A stretch of DNA of 56,153 nt, counting the filler, from Basidioascus undulatus (lineage: Eukaryota): NCBI GenBank assembly GCA_000826855.1. It is 4 parts of 4 records of this genome, joined end to end, with 100 filler letters (N's around TTAATTAATTAA, not from the genome) between each part and the next. Parts side by side here need not be neighbours in the genome. Positions count along the whole stretch, not along the records: positions 14,050 to 28,028 come from JTLS01000767.1; positions 28,129 to 42,105 come from JTLS01000768.1; 2 more parts are not named here. One strand, written 5' to 3'. The notes beneath the pieces are model-generated. The model made no database searches, was not told the origin of the DNA, and worked only from the letters and a program-made list of their open reading frames with translations. Below are positions 24,961 to 37,039 of the stretch, in pieces (the stretch's first letter is position 1; each line of letters starts with the position of its first letter). The position numbers were made by a program, and so were the translations under genes.

Positions 24961-27900
24961 TGCAGACTGCACAACTGGGAAAGGTATGTTGTTTTCATGT
25001 GCTTTCTGCTTTTCTGAAACAAGCTGGAATAACTTTAAGACTTGAAAAAGTCAACAAAAACTGGACATCAATTGAGTGCCTGAAAAGCACAGTGCAAGGC
25101 AGGTTGGAAAAATGGTTGGCAGTGACTGGGTTGTTGATAGTAGTGACAGCTTCTCAAGGCAAGTGCCGGCAGCAAGAAAATGCAAAAAGTGAGGATAGCC
25201 TTTGTCATTGTCACTCTGCCTTGAAATTGTCATCCTCACTGAGTGAAGTGGACTTTTCATCCTGACAGAATGCCTTGTAGTTGTCATCCAGAAAGAATGC
25301 CTTGGGTTGTGATCCTGCCAGAATCCCCCATGGTTGCCATCCTGATGGAATCCCTTGTGCAAGTCTGTCCCCCATGGATTGTCCTTAGGGCAGAGATGAT
25401 CCTCAGAGCAGGGTAGTCCCTGGACAGATGTCTGGCAAGGACACTTTTCTGTCCAGGACAGAATTCTGGCAGGGACACTTGCTGGTCTGGTCTAGGATGG
25501 TCTGATCCATGACTGTCTCTGCAAAGACAATCTGTCCCAGGACTGTCTCCCTACAGAATATCGATTTGTACAGAGTCTCTGCTCAATCACTGTCCGTCCC
25601 AGGACAGCTTCTGTCCCTGAAAAGACTGTATCATTGAGGACTGTCACTGTCTTGTTGAGGACTGTCTGTGCAAGTACTGTCTGCTCAAGGTCAGTCACTG
25701 GACTCTCTGCTTAGGGAGTGTCTGCTCTTGGATTGCCTGATAGGGAACTGTATTTTTACTACAGGCCAGTGAAGGCTGGTACAGACTGTTGTTCAGTCAA
25801 GGAAATGCGGTCTGGTGGAAAGGACAGCAGTAAGTGTCTCCATCTGGTGGAGAGGAGGTTCTCCCCCTTCTGGAGAGGTTCTCACCCTTTGAATGAAATC
25901 TCCATGATATGGAAAGTGTCTCCACGCTGTGGAGAGTGTCTCCATGTGGCAGAGAAGGTTTCCAGACAGTGTAGAGGATGGTCACCGCCTGCCAGAGCAG
26001 TTCTCCACCCTGTGGAGGAAATCTCCATGCTATGGAGAGTGTCTCCATGTGATGGGGAAAGTCTCCAGGCAACTGAGAGTGTCTCCAATGTCAATTAATA
26101 ATGTGACTTGCTCACATCAAATATTGGATTTCAATGCTCCTAATCACCATCTCAACATGGAGAGAAGTTGCTCCAGTCCTTGCAAACAAGCACAGAGTCT
26201 GCTTGTGCTTCAGCATTATGGCCTTGCAATTGCCCAGTACACCCCAGACGGACATGACATATCATTCGAATCAAAGACATGCTTCCGAAAATTGTCAAAA
26301 GCATCTCCCTGTTCATAGGCACAGGGTCACACCCTGGTAATCCCTTGTGACAGCCAGGGCCCCAGACTGACTTCTGGCCTGAACTTTGCCTGTACCACAT
26401 GGATTGGCATCAGAGGGGTGCCAGGATCACCGCCAGGGTCATTGGAAATTAGAAATATATGTGAGCCCTGTACTGTGTCATTGTAGGGAGTGTGCACCTC
26501 TTATGTCTGCAGTGACTTGCTAGTTGTTGTCATCCAGACATAATCAATAGCTGTTGGACACTGCTGTTTCTGTACCACAAATTGGATGTCAATTAAGAGA
26601 TCAGCTTCCCATGCTTCAAATCACCACATAAAAATTGAGAAAAGTTGCTCCAGTCCTTTCACACAAGCCGTGATTAGACTTGCACTGGAGCAGTAATGGC
26701 AGGGCACTCTACCAGACTGCGCATCTGGACATTCCAGAACTCTCACATAAGAGAAAAGTGTACAAACATTGCTAGAAATATCACCTAGAACATGGGTCCA
26801 GAAGGTGTTCTCTCACAATCACTGCCTCCACACAACAGAGTGTCTCCACATGACAGAGAGGAGGTTCTCTGCATGCTGGGGAGGTTCTCCACCCAATGGC
26901 GGACATCTGCATGCTGTGGAGGACGTCTCTACCCTGGGATGAAGGAGTGAAGGAGTGAAGAAGTTAAAGACTGAAGGACTGAAGGCATGAAGGTGTGAAG
27001 GAGCACAGGCCTGTAGGACTGAAGGCTTGAAGGAGCAAAGGCCTGAAGGACTGTAAGAAGTGAAGGGCTGAAGAAGTGGCTGACCTCCAGACAAGGCAAT
27101 CCTCCAGCACAGGCAGGCTGAGTCTTACCCTCAGACATTGGGCTGACACACAGACACACCTTGGCAAATGACAGCAGGTGGGGACCACTGGCTTCAGGCT
27201 CATTTGGTCCACTGCTGCAGCTGAATGATGATTTGGTGACTGTTATTGTAATTCAGAGACATATCTGATTCTGGGAAAAAAGTGGTATTCAATGCACTGC
27301 AAGCAGGCTGCACCCAGTGTGACTTCAGGGCACTAGACTGACTTCAGGCTTGTTTGGTTCAATACTCCTACTGCTGAAGCTCAACCAGCTGTAAAAGTGA
27401 TAGAGATATATATATCCCTGGAAAATAAAGTCGTATGTCACTGTGCTGCAAGTGGGTTGTACTGGCATGACTTCAGTCATGTGCAAACAGCTTCAGTCTA
27501 GTAGAGGTGGCCAGTCTGTGGAACACTGATGCAGTCTGTAGCCTATGTGCACTAGATTGGGAGTAAACGGGACAGGACTGCACTATTCTGGAAAGTATTG
27601 CATTGGACTGCACTGAAAGGCACTGGAATAGACTGGAGTACCTGACACCAGACTGTACTGAATGGAAGTGAACTGGATGAGACTGGCAATACCATGTTGG
27701 TCATGGGACAAATGGTACAATATCAGAAAACTGTAGCCCACTGCAGCCTGCCAAGACAGCATTCCAGTCTTGTGCAGCCAGTGCAGCCCATACTTGAGTC
27801 TTAAGGAGACTGGAGACTGCTCCCATCAGGAGACAACTAGACTATAGGATATGAAGCAAGAGATTTTTAGAGAAATTCTGGAAAGTGTAATTGACAAAAG
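24960..27900. repeat. CpG-depleted degenerate repeat/TE relic with internal short tandem motifs
   Basis: Almost no CG dinucleotides with a TG/CA excess; arrays of GACTG, GTCTCCA/TGGAGA and TGAAGG motifs; no credible ORF. Confidence 0.7.
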
Positions 27901-27947
27901 GGAATGCTAGAATCTTGGCCCGGACAGGGGAGGAAGGGCAAAAAGGA

Positions 27948-28028
27948 TGTCGCTGGGCGGAATCGAACTGCCGTCTTCACGGGTCAAAGTAACCACAACG
28001 TGATGTACTAACCACTATACTACAGCGA
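27948..28028 (-). tRNA. tRNA-His(GTG) with 10-nt intron; first base lost at the contig end
   Basis: Reverse complement TCGCTG-TA-GTATAGTGGTTAGTAC-A-TCACG-TT-GTG-G-[TTACTTTGAC]-C-CGTGA-AGAC-GGCAG-TTCGATT-CCGCC-CAGCGAC-A, followed by a T5 Pol III terminator. Confidence 0.9.
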
Positions 28029-28128
28029 NNNNNNNNNNNNNNNNNNNNNNNNNNNNNNNNNNNNNNNNNNNNTTAATTAATTAANNNNNNNNNNNNNNNN
28101 NNNNNNNNNNNNNNNNNNNNNNNNNNNN
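28029..28128. other. Artificial contig linker
   Basis: N44-TTAATTAATTAA-N44. Confidence 0.97.
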
Positions 28129-29681
28129 TGAGAGGGAGTGAAGGACGCTTGCTGCGGAGGGCGGGGGTGGGGGAGGGGCGAGACCAGGAGGGGATGGGGA
28201 CTTTGAGCTTCCCGCCTTTCTCGCGGTACTTGCTTGCGTTGAGGGCCTGTGGTGATGGCGGAAATGTAAGCATCAGGCTAGCATAAGTAACGAAAGCCAG
28301 GTGATTTGAGGGAAAGGCACGAAAGGGACCCACAGTCCGCAAAAGCTTCACAACAGCCACGATGTTCTCCGCCTGCGGCTTCACTTCGGGCGTGGCGCCC
28401 ACGAGCTTGTCGAGGCGGAGCTGGACGGCCGCGAGGCGGATAGGCACGTCGTTCACGAGGTCGAGGTGGGACGGCTTTCCAAGTAGGTGCGCGAGGGCGA
28501 GGAGCGGCGGCTCGAGCGTGCTCAGGTGCGTGGGCACCACCATGCCAGGCGATGTGGGGGCGGTCATCTAAAAGTTGCGTGTCAGGAGAGCTGGGAAGTG
28601 GGCGACAGGCGGGAGCGAGACGCACCTTGATCCCCTCGACCAGCAGTCGGATGAGATCGTCCGACCCCGGGCGCGTTGATTCCGCCCACGAGACGATGTG
28701 CGCGCCTACTGAGGAAGGGACGTCCGCCCACCCTTCGCGGCTGTAGTAGTCGATGAAGGGGAGCGCGTCGGCGGAGTGGGAGAGCAGGAGGTCCGCGGCT
28801 GATACGGCCGCCTTTGGGAGGAGTACTTCTGCGAGGACGGTTGAGTGCGGGTTGAAGGTGGGCGGGGAGGTGGTGGAGGTGGGGGTAGAAGTGTAGGACG
28901 GGAGGGGGAGGAGGAGCGCGAGGAGGGTTTGGAGCTCGGTGGGCGTGCAGGATGGGATGGTCTGAGAGAGAGGATGGAGTGTGTCAGCAACAGACCTAAA
29001 CAGGAGAGAAAGGGAATGGAAGCGGAAGGCGAAGGGAAACGGAGGGAGACGTACCGCAACGAGCCCATCGCGGAGTGTGCGCTCGACGGCGAGCGAGTGT
29101 CGGGCTGCGACGTGCACGACGGGGCGCACGACGGGGGACGCGAGGAACGCGAGGACGTGCGGGCGGAGATCGCGGGCTGCGCTGTCGGTGAGGACTTCGA
29201 GCGCGGCGCGGGCGTCAAGCTCGACGTGCGCGAGCAGGTTGAGCTTGATCTGCTCGAGCTCTTCGGGGACGTCTGGGGGGAGTGTGCTTAGCCTTCCCGG
29301 AAACTGAAGAGTTGTAATAAAGAAAAGCGAGGGATACTCACCGGATTGCAAGAGCTGAATGAGCACGTCCGTGTTCCTCCTGACCCACCCCGGCTCTTTC
29401 CTGCTGAGCTCAGTGATGCACCCGTACCCCGCCACGCGGACCCTTGCGTCCGCGTCCTCGCACAGATCATACACCGCGTCGATGGCGGCCTCAGTGTGCT
29501 CTGGGAAGTGGGAGAAGAGCGTCGGGATGGCGCGCGCGAGGTGGAGCTGCGTGGACGGGTCGGGCGAGCGCGAGTGCGAGAGGAGCTGCGTGTACAGCGC
29601 TGGGGTACGCGTTGAGGACGCGGAGAGCAGCGCGAGCACCCGCCCGACTTCGGGGGGAGGCGAGGGAAGCGCGGCGGACAT
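28129..29681 (-). CDS. API5: Apoptosis inhibitor 5 (API5)-like protein, 3' truncated by the contig end
   Basis: N-terminal LARAIPTLFSHFPEHTEAAIDAVYDLCEDADARVRVAGY..RNTDVLIQLLQS resembles the API5 HEAT-like N-terminus; several GT-AG introns. Confidence 0.8.
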
Positions 29682-30847
29682 GCACGGTGGGGAGACCGGC
29701 GGTGGCGAGCGAGAGAATGGGGAAGGAAGGAGTAAGAAAGATCGGGAACACGACGAGGATGCAGCAATGTACGAACGCGGAAGTAGGCAAGCGCAGGGTC
29801 AGTTTCGTTCGAGGGCAACATGACGGCGAGTTGCGCCAGCGTTGAGCGCGTGCCAAACATCGCAGCAGAACGAGGTACCTACCTCGTTTGAAGACGAGAT
29901 CAATGCCACGTATTCATCGAGTGTCCTTGCAGAAATAGCATTTCCTCCCATTGATTATCCTATTCCTGCTCTCCCCGATCGTGACTGAAGAAATATGCCT
30001 CGCAGCCTGAGTGACGATGCAGCGTCGACCGCTGCGGGGGTAGCACCCTCGACCCCGCCCGACGTCGATGTTGCAAGTTCACCAACATGAGCGGGCCCTT
30101 TAACAAGTTTATCTGTGTCTGCTTGTATCAGATTATTTGGCCACCTTGAGGTGCCAATGATACCGAGCCGACATAGACGTCGTCGGCGTCCGATGCAGCA
30201 CCGATCGCGTTCGATTTCGACGTCAATGCCGCGTCTTGGTCAAAAATCCTCGCTGAAACCGCCTGTTCCCCCATTTATTTACATATCTCTGCTTTTTCCT
30301 ATGGTGAAGGACAGTCACATCGCAACCAGATCATGTAGCCTCGACGTCGGTCGGTGATGCAGCGTCGACATCGACCCCGAGGCATGGTTCGTGATCAAGG
30401 CCAATGCCAGCGCTGAATCCCAGAGATGCTTGATTGCAAATTGAGAAAATACCACCTGCGAAACACCGAGTAGAGAGACACAAATTATGAAGAGACACCG
30501 ACTAGCAGCAGACACCGACTAAAGAGACCCGAGAACGAAGGAGGCTCAAAGGAAACAGTTGCTGATCAACCGGAAAGAACCTAGGACTGAGAGGAACAAC
30601 AAGCAACACGTACCACTAGCGAAACAATGGAGAAAGAAAGGGGATACGATGCAACCAAGTACACAAGGGAGAGAGAGAAGAAAAGACGGCAAAGAATAAC
30701 CGCTTGTTCCACAGTCCGTGCCTATCCCATCTGGTGAAGGGAAGAAGGAAGAGAAAAGAACCCCATCGCTGCCTCATCGCCCCCACCCCTCCTCTGAGAA
30801 TCCCCCTCTCCCCATCCCCACCCTGGCAAACCCTTCACTCCCATCCC

Positions 30848-32979
30848 TCACCGCAACCCTTTTACCGATTTCTCCTGGCCCTCCCATTCATCCGCCTCAT
30901 TCAGCCTCCCCATCCCCCTCCTCACATCCTCACCACCACCCCCATCTCCCGCCTGTCGCTCCTCGGGGGCGCCCAAGAGGACCGATAGTGGTACGGCCCA
31001 GGCGCAGCCTTCGGGGGTTGCGACGCCCCCCTCCCAGCGCTGGTGCCAGCCGCACCTGGGCGGAACCGTCTGACGCGAGAGAATGAGGTTGGCCGCGAGC
31101 TCGCGCATGGCGACGTTGACGCTTGGGAACGCGTACCAGCTACAGAGTGTGGGGGTGGTGTGCGCGCGGAGCGAGGCGGTGTCTGTTGACGCAGCGTTCG
31201 GGTGTCAGTCGACGCCTTGAGCAATAAAATCAAAGGGAAATAACTCAGTGAAAGGCGCCCCGGCAGCCTGGAGGTGCAAGACTGAGAAGTAGGGCGTGAC
31301 GGCGGCGGCGTAGGGCGAGCGTGAACCCGCGGACGGGTGATGTCACGCGGAGACTGTAGGATGAACGCCCATTGAGTATCGGCATGCTAATCTCCCTAAG
31401 AGGACTTGGAAGTAAACGCCTTCCAAACCTTCACAGGTTCGTCTGCCATAGCCCACTTGGCCAGGACGACCGTGACCTGTTGATGGCGTCGTCGCCGGTG
31501 AGGGGTGTCGCCTTGTTGAGTTGTGTCGGGGCGTCCTGCACTCGAGAAGAAGTGCCTGTGGGGCTGTAAGGGTTAGTCTTGAACACGGTGGGTAGAATAT
31601 GTAAAACGGTCACGCACCCTTCGAGCGCGACCCTGCAGAGGCCGGCGTGGACTGAGGAGAAGGAGAACGCGACGAAGGAGGCGTGATGGGAGCGCGGATC
31701 TGAGGACCAGTCTTGGGGCCGCAACTAGGGATTTTCATTGAGGTCAGCTGAAACTTGCATTACGCGGTGTTCCATAAGCGAACACACCCTCAGCGTGTGC
31801 TCCGCGTTCGAAAGCTTCGCCGAAAGGGAGGCAATCTCGTCGCCCTTCTTGCGCAGAGTAGTCTGGGAAAGTAACAGTGAGTAATCATAACGCGGAAAAA
31901 AACGTATAGTGTCGGGAAAGAAGCGCACCGTTATCTTCTTCAAGGCCGCTTGCGTGGTCGAGAGCTGGCGCGACAGGGAGGCGTTGTTCTCGGTTTGCTC
32001 GGCGATGATGAACTACAGCAGCCTGTCAGTCAGTAAAGCGGACGAAAATAAAGTAGACGAGTGCCCACCTCCAAGCCGCGGCTCTTGTTCTGTAATAGTA
32101 GCGTCAGACAACTTGATGCTCCGAAAAACAACAGCAGAAGCGCACCTTCTCCCGGTGCAGCGCCTTGTCGTCTCCAGTGCATTTATTTTGTATTTCTTTA
32201 CCGTCATACTGTCAGACAATGCTCCAGAGTGGGGATTATGAGACAATGATGAGACTAGATGCACCTTCCCTTCATTCGCCGCCTTCTGAGAAGTCGCGTG
32301 GCAATTAGAACAGGGCTCACAGTGACAGTCGATGCGAAGAAAACACACCTTCAACTCGGACACCGTTACCTGCATTCTTTTGGTATTCCTCCTCCTTTCC
32401 CTCAAAACAGTTTTATTAGCCACGTCCACCACATCGATGGGAGTATGCGGGCCTACCTCGAACGCAGCCAACTTCTTCTGTAGCGTCACGCAACATTATT
32501 TAGTACGTGACCCCCAAGTCGTGAAGCGCATGCGCTTCAAGCATAAACGTACCTTGACCTCCTCGAGCTCTCCCCGACGGGATTTTCCGGCTACAACCTG
32601 CTCGTACGCCCTCAAAGCTAAGAAGTGGCCCCAAACATATAGCCAATCGTGAACTTATCTCCGTCCCGACAGCCACGTCCTGAGGGTTATAGCGCATGTC
32701 AGTTGGCCACCCACCCGAACGAAGAGCAACGACCATGTTTAACACGCACCTTGCACTTCAGAGTCTTCTTCAAGTCTTTTGCGTCTCCTTCGAGCTTCTT
32801 CCCCTAGGCAGCGAAGCGAAGATCAGCAACACAGCAGGGACGGGTTCAACAGCAAACGACCCACCAAGAAAATATAGGTATTGTTCTGAGTCCATAGTGC
32901 CCAACGTCAGCTCTGAGCCAGGTATGCAAAACGAGCGACGACAAAGAAGCCAAGACCTCACTTTCAAATCATCAGACAT
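30848..32979 (-). CDS. Hypothetical coiled-coil protein built from many short exons (approximate bounds)
   Basis: Successive short exons, each ending in a GT donor: GKKLEGDAKDLKKTLKCK, RGELEEVK, TLQKKLAAFE, RERRRNTKRMQ, FIIAEQTENNASLSRQLSTTQAALKKIT, TTLRKKGDEIASLSAKLSNAEHTLR. Confidence 0.45.
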
Positions 32980-34717
32980 ACGAGACGTGTACGGCGTATC
33001 AAACGTTGGGCCAGTTACACGGCACGGCGGAGAACGAGAGCGAAAGCGACGCCCCCATGGCAGGGGCGAGAAGCACGAAGGTGGTGAAAGCGGTGGCCTC
33101 GTCGGCCGTGCGGGTTGGGCAACCGTAAAGTCGACCGTCGACAAACTACGATGACGATGCCCGCGACGAGAGAGCGTTGTAGATGAGCGCAAAGAGCGCG
33201 AGAGTAAGGATGACCAGCAGGATCGATGGCGCGAATATGGCTGGTACGCGATTGCTGGAGGAGTGGGTAGTTGGGTTGGCACTGCGAGTTGCTCGAGTAA
33301 GTGGGGAAGAGCGACGCGAGTCGCGGGCTCCCTTTTCGTTTCCCAGAGCGAAGGCTGAGAAGAGGGATTGGAACACTGCGCTGAGGCAGGCATGCAACCG
33401 CTGGAGCGTGCCAGTCGCGACCAAATTGCGTCCTGACGGCCGCGTAATGTTTTGCACTGCAAGACCTCCTCTCGTCGTAAACAGAACCTACCATTGATGA
33501 AGATTTCCCAACTATATTATATTCTAATAATATTACTTCAAAAAGCTGAATGGTCCGCCCGACGGGAGCCAGAAATCACATCCAAAGCAGGATGCCAGCT
33601 CCGCCGCCGTTTGCTTTGCAGGTCTGCAGGGACAGGGTGGAATTAAACAAAACCAACATGATGGGCATTAATCAGGGAATTAAAAAGTTTCTTAAGTTTT
33701 CAAGTGACCTAGACAAGGCTCATGGGCGGATGCGGCGGCCTACGCGTGGAATTGAAAATTTGCCGTTTCGCACCCTCCTAGGTGGGCTCGAAGCGTGAGG
33801 AGACCTCTATGACGCAGTAGAGACAAAAAAACCCCTTTCACATTGTACAGCCTTCTGGAAGGTGTTCTCTCCAGTAAGCCTGCAGCAGGCGGTGCACCAA
33901 TTTACGTGGGTGAACACACGAACCGCCAGACTGACCCAGTGCCCGTGAAGTGTATGCGTGCCAGAGCCCATTACGAGTGGTCTCAGGAACATGTGCTTTC
34001 TTAAACATATGGAATCTTTCCAGGGTGAGCCTACTCAGGCCAGCAGGCTCTTTCATCCTCGCTCTTTCCTTCTCCTCTTCCATCTGTCAAGATTCGCGCG
34101 GGGTAATCCCGGAATAGATCAAGTGGACTGTGAACCAGTTGGTATTCCAGGGCGCCCCGCCGCCGGCGGGGACATCCTAGACCAAGCACGCCCGAGTTCG
34201 AAATGGCGGCCTTGTAGAGGGATGCCGTACACCGAAAGGACGAAGCGCAACAGGTTCGGGGAGGATCCAGAGAGTTGTCTTACATAGTGTCGGTTAGAGC
34301 AGACACTATGATGCCCAGTGGTTTAAGTCTTTCCCACCTTCACTGAGTCCTCTCTTTTGAGGAAGGAAGCATCCACGGCTCTTCGCGGAACCGCCAGTTT
34401 CGATTGGTTGAGCCTCTCAAGCCCAGCCTGGACCTGAGAGTAGCGTGCGGGTCCGAGACAGTCTTACACCATCGACAATACTCACCTTTTCTGCCTAGAA
34501 GATCCCAAGGAAAGGTAGGACGGGAACTCGTCGGCGGGGTCGCGCAAGCGTCTCGGAACAAAGGTCGGGTTTCAGATTCCCGCGCTGCTGCTTCAGCCTT
34601 TGTCCCAACCGCCCGCCCTGCCCTGCTCCACGCAACGCCGGTATTTCCTGCCGCAGTGATGCGCTGTTTTAATCCCCAGCTCCTCTTCTTTTGCCACCAT
34701 CACCTCGAAACACGTCC

Positions 34718-36848
34718 ATGACCGAGCCCTCGCTCTTCCAGCGCCGCCTCAAGACGCACTACTACCTCCTCCTGCTCGCTGCCATCGGCCCGCTTCGGGC
34801 CATCACGCCGCTCTCGTGGGTGTATGTGGCTTGGAGAACGCGGGGATGGTGGGAAGGAAGCTGGAATGGGCCGGGGGGAGTGTTCGAGTGGGCGGTCACA
34901 GTGCTGGCTGCTGTTGAGGTGAGTACTCGTGTAGGCTGTCCGATGGGGTGGGTGGTCCCGTGGCAAACAGCCCGTGCATTTGGAGGAGACTTCAGACCAG
35001 ATTTCTCCTCCATCAATGATTCTGCATGAGGAATCGATGTGGCAATGACGGTTCTGACGCTCCTTCCCTTCTTCAACAGGCTCTCTTCTCGCTCCACCAC
35101 CTCTACCTCGCGCACCTCGTCAACCGCGCGCCGCCCGCCGCGCCTATCCTCTCTCCGCACGAGACGAAACAGGCATTCGTTCGAGCACTGCAGATCGGAT
35201 TGGACGACAACACGGGCCAGCATCCTCGTGCGCGCGGACGCCCCGCGGAGGTCGAGAACCTTGAGACGCTTGATCGGGAGGATCCGAGGGCGTACGATTT
35301 CAGGGAGAAGATGCGGAGCTGGTGAGTAGCTTTTTTTGGACTCTATTCCCAGGCAATACAAATCTCATGTCTAATGGGTATCAGGTTCCACTACGCGCCA
35401 TGGGAAGACGTCCGTCCCCGTTATGGCTCCTGCTCTACTTTCATTCAGCTCATCTGTCGCTACTTTCAGATTCACCGCGAAGACGTCCTTTCCTGGCTAT
35501 CATGGTCAATCCTGTCCGCCTCGCACCCTCCCGACCAGTCATCCGCCGCCCTGCTCTCCTCTTGCGTCGACCTTATCGAGCGCCGAGCAGGCTGTACCTG
35601 TCGGTAGCGCCCTAGCTCCTCGCAGTCTCTTACCACAAGACGCTGACGTGCTTTTCATACATATTCAGTCCCTCCTGGCCGGAATTCCGCGATACGCACC
35701 GTCCGCCTGACTGTCGACCCGGTCACGGTCCAGGGCCGGCCGCTCGTCGTCTACCTCGCGATCGACCTGCTCTATCGCCTGACGCGGGCGTGGCTTACGG
35801 GGAGGAAGGGATTTGAGCTCTGGAGGGCGGGGGAGATGGAGTATCTGGTCAGGGTGCCGCGAGAGGGCAGCGAGGGGCAGCACACGCCTGTGACGCTGTA
35901 TCACGGGCTGGGAATCGGTGCGTCACGCAGTGTTCTATGCGAGGTACTCCGACTAAGCATGAGAAACCTCTACAGGCATCACCCAGTACTTCCAGATCAT
36001 CAACACCCTCATGAACCACCTTCCCCACTGCCCGATCATCATCCCCCTCCAACCGCACCTCTCCATGGGCCTCTTTCACCGCCGCTTCCTCCGCCCCCCG
36101 TCGCGCGACGAAGTGTCCGCCGGGCTGCGCTCGGTCCTTTCCCGCTTACGAGCCCCGCAGACTTCCATCGCCTCCCACTCGTTGTCCGTCTCACGACCCT
36201 CATTTCCCCACCTGCTATGGAAAAGCTGAGCTGACGACCGCGTCCCGCCACAGCGGCAGCGTCCCCCACGCCTGGCTGCTCAAAGACTCGCCTGCGCTCA
36301 TCTCGCGCTCGGCGTTCCTCGACCCAGTCGTGTTCAACCTCTTCGAAGGCGACCTCTGCTGGAACTTCTTTCACCGTCGGCCCGAAAACGGGTTCCAGCT
36401 CGCCATCTCGTTGCGTCTTCCTTCTCCCTCTCATCTCTCCACCTTCCCAGCTGAATTGGTGTATGACTCAAATCAGCTACTTCGTCGCTACCGAGCCCGG
36501 CGTCGCGCTCACCATCGGCCGGCACTTCTCGTGGACATGCAACGCGCTGTGGATCGACGACGTCGCGGACTCGCACGACCCGAGCAAGACGTTCTTCTAC
36601 GTAGCAGCGAATGATGATCTGCTCGACGCCTCCGTGACCTCTCTTTTCCTCTTACCTTCCCCGTTTGTTCGGCTGAACATTGATACTGCGTGTTTGGACG
36701 GGGGCAGCGAGTCCGCCAGTACTTGGAGAGGCACGGGGTTGGCGAGACGCTGGTGTTTGATCCGAGGGCGAGGCATGCGACTATCTTGAAGGACGGGCGC
36801 TGGATCGAGAGGATCGCGGGGTGGCTGGAGGATGGGGTAATGCGATGA
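34718..36848 (+). CDS. Membrane-anchored alpha/beta-hydrolase fold protein
   Basis: N-terminal TM segments; PVTLYHGLGIG; nucleophile SHSF/GS split by an intron; FLDPVVF; YFVATEPG; AANDDLLD; C-terminal RHAT. TGA at 36846-36848. Confidence 0.85.
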
Positions 36849-37039
36849 GGCGATCGCGTGAGGAGGCGGCAGTGGACTGTATGCTAGATGAGTTTTGTTC
36901 ATGATTCAACGACCGCTTCCTCGACTTCATCCCGGGTTCGGAGACACTCCATTAAAAGCACTTATGGTTGGTGTTAACATGTTAGCAAATGTTAAGGTCG
37001 TCTGAGCTGCTTATGCTCATTAGTGATAACTCGGAATGC

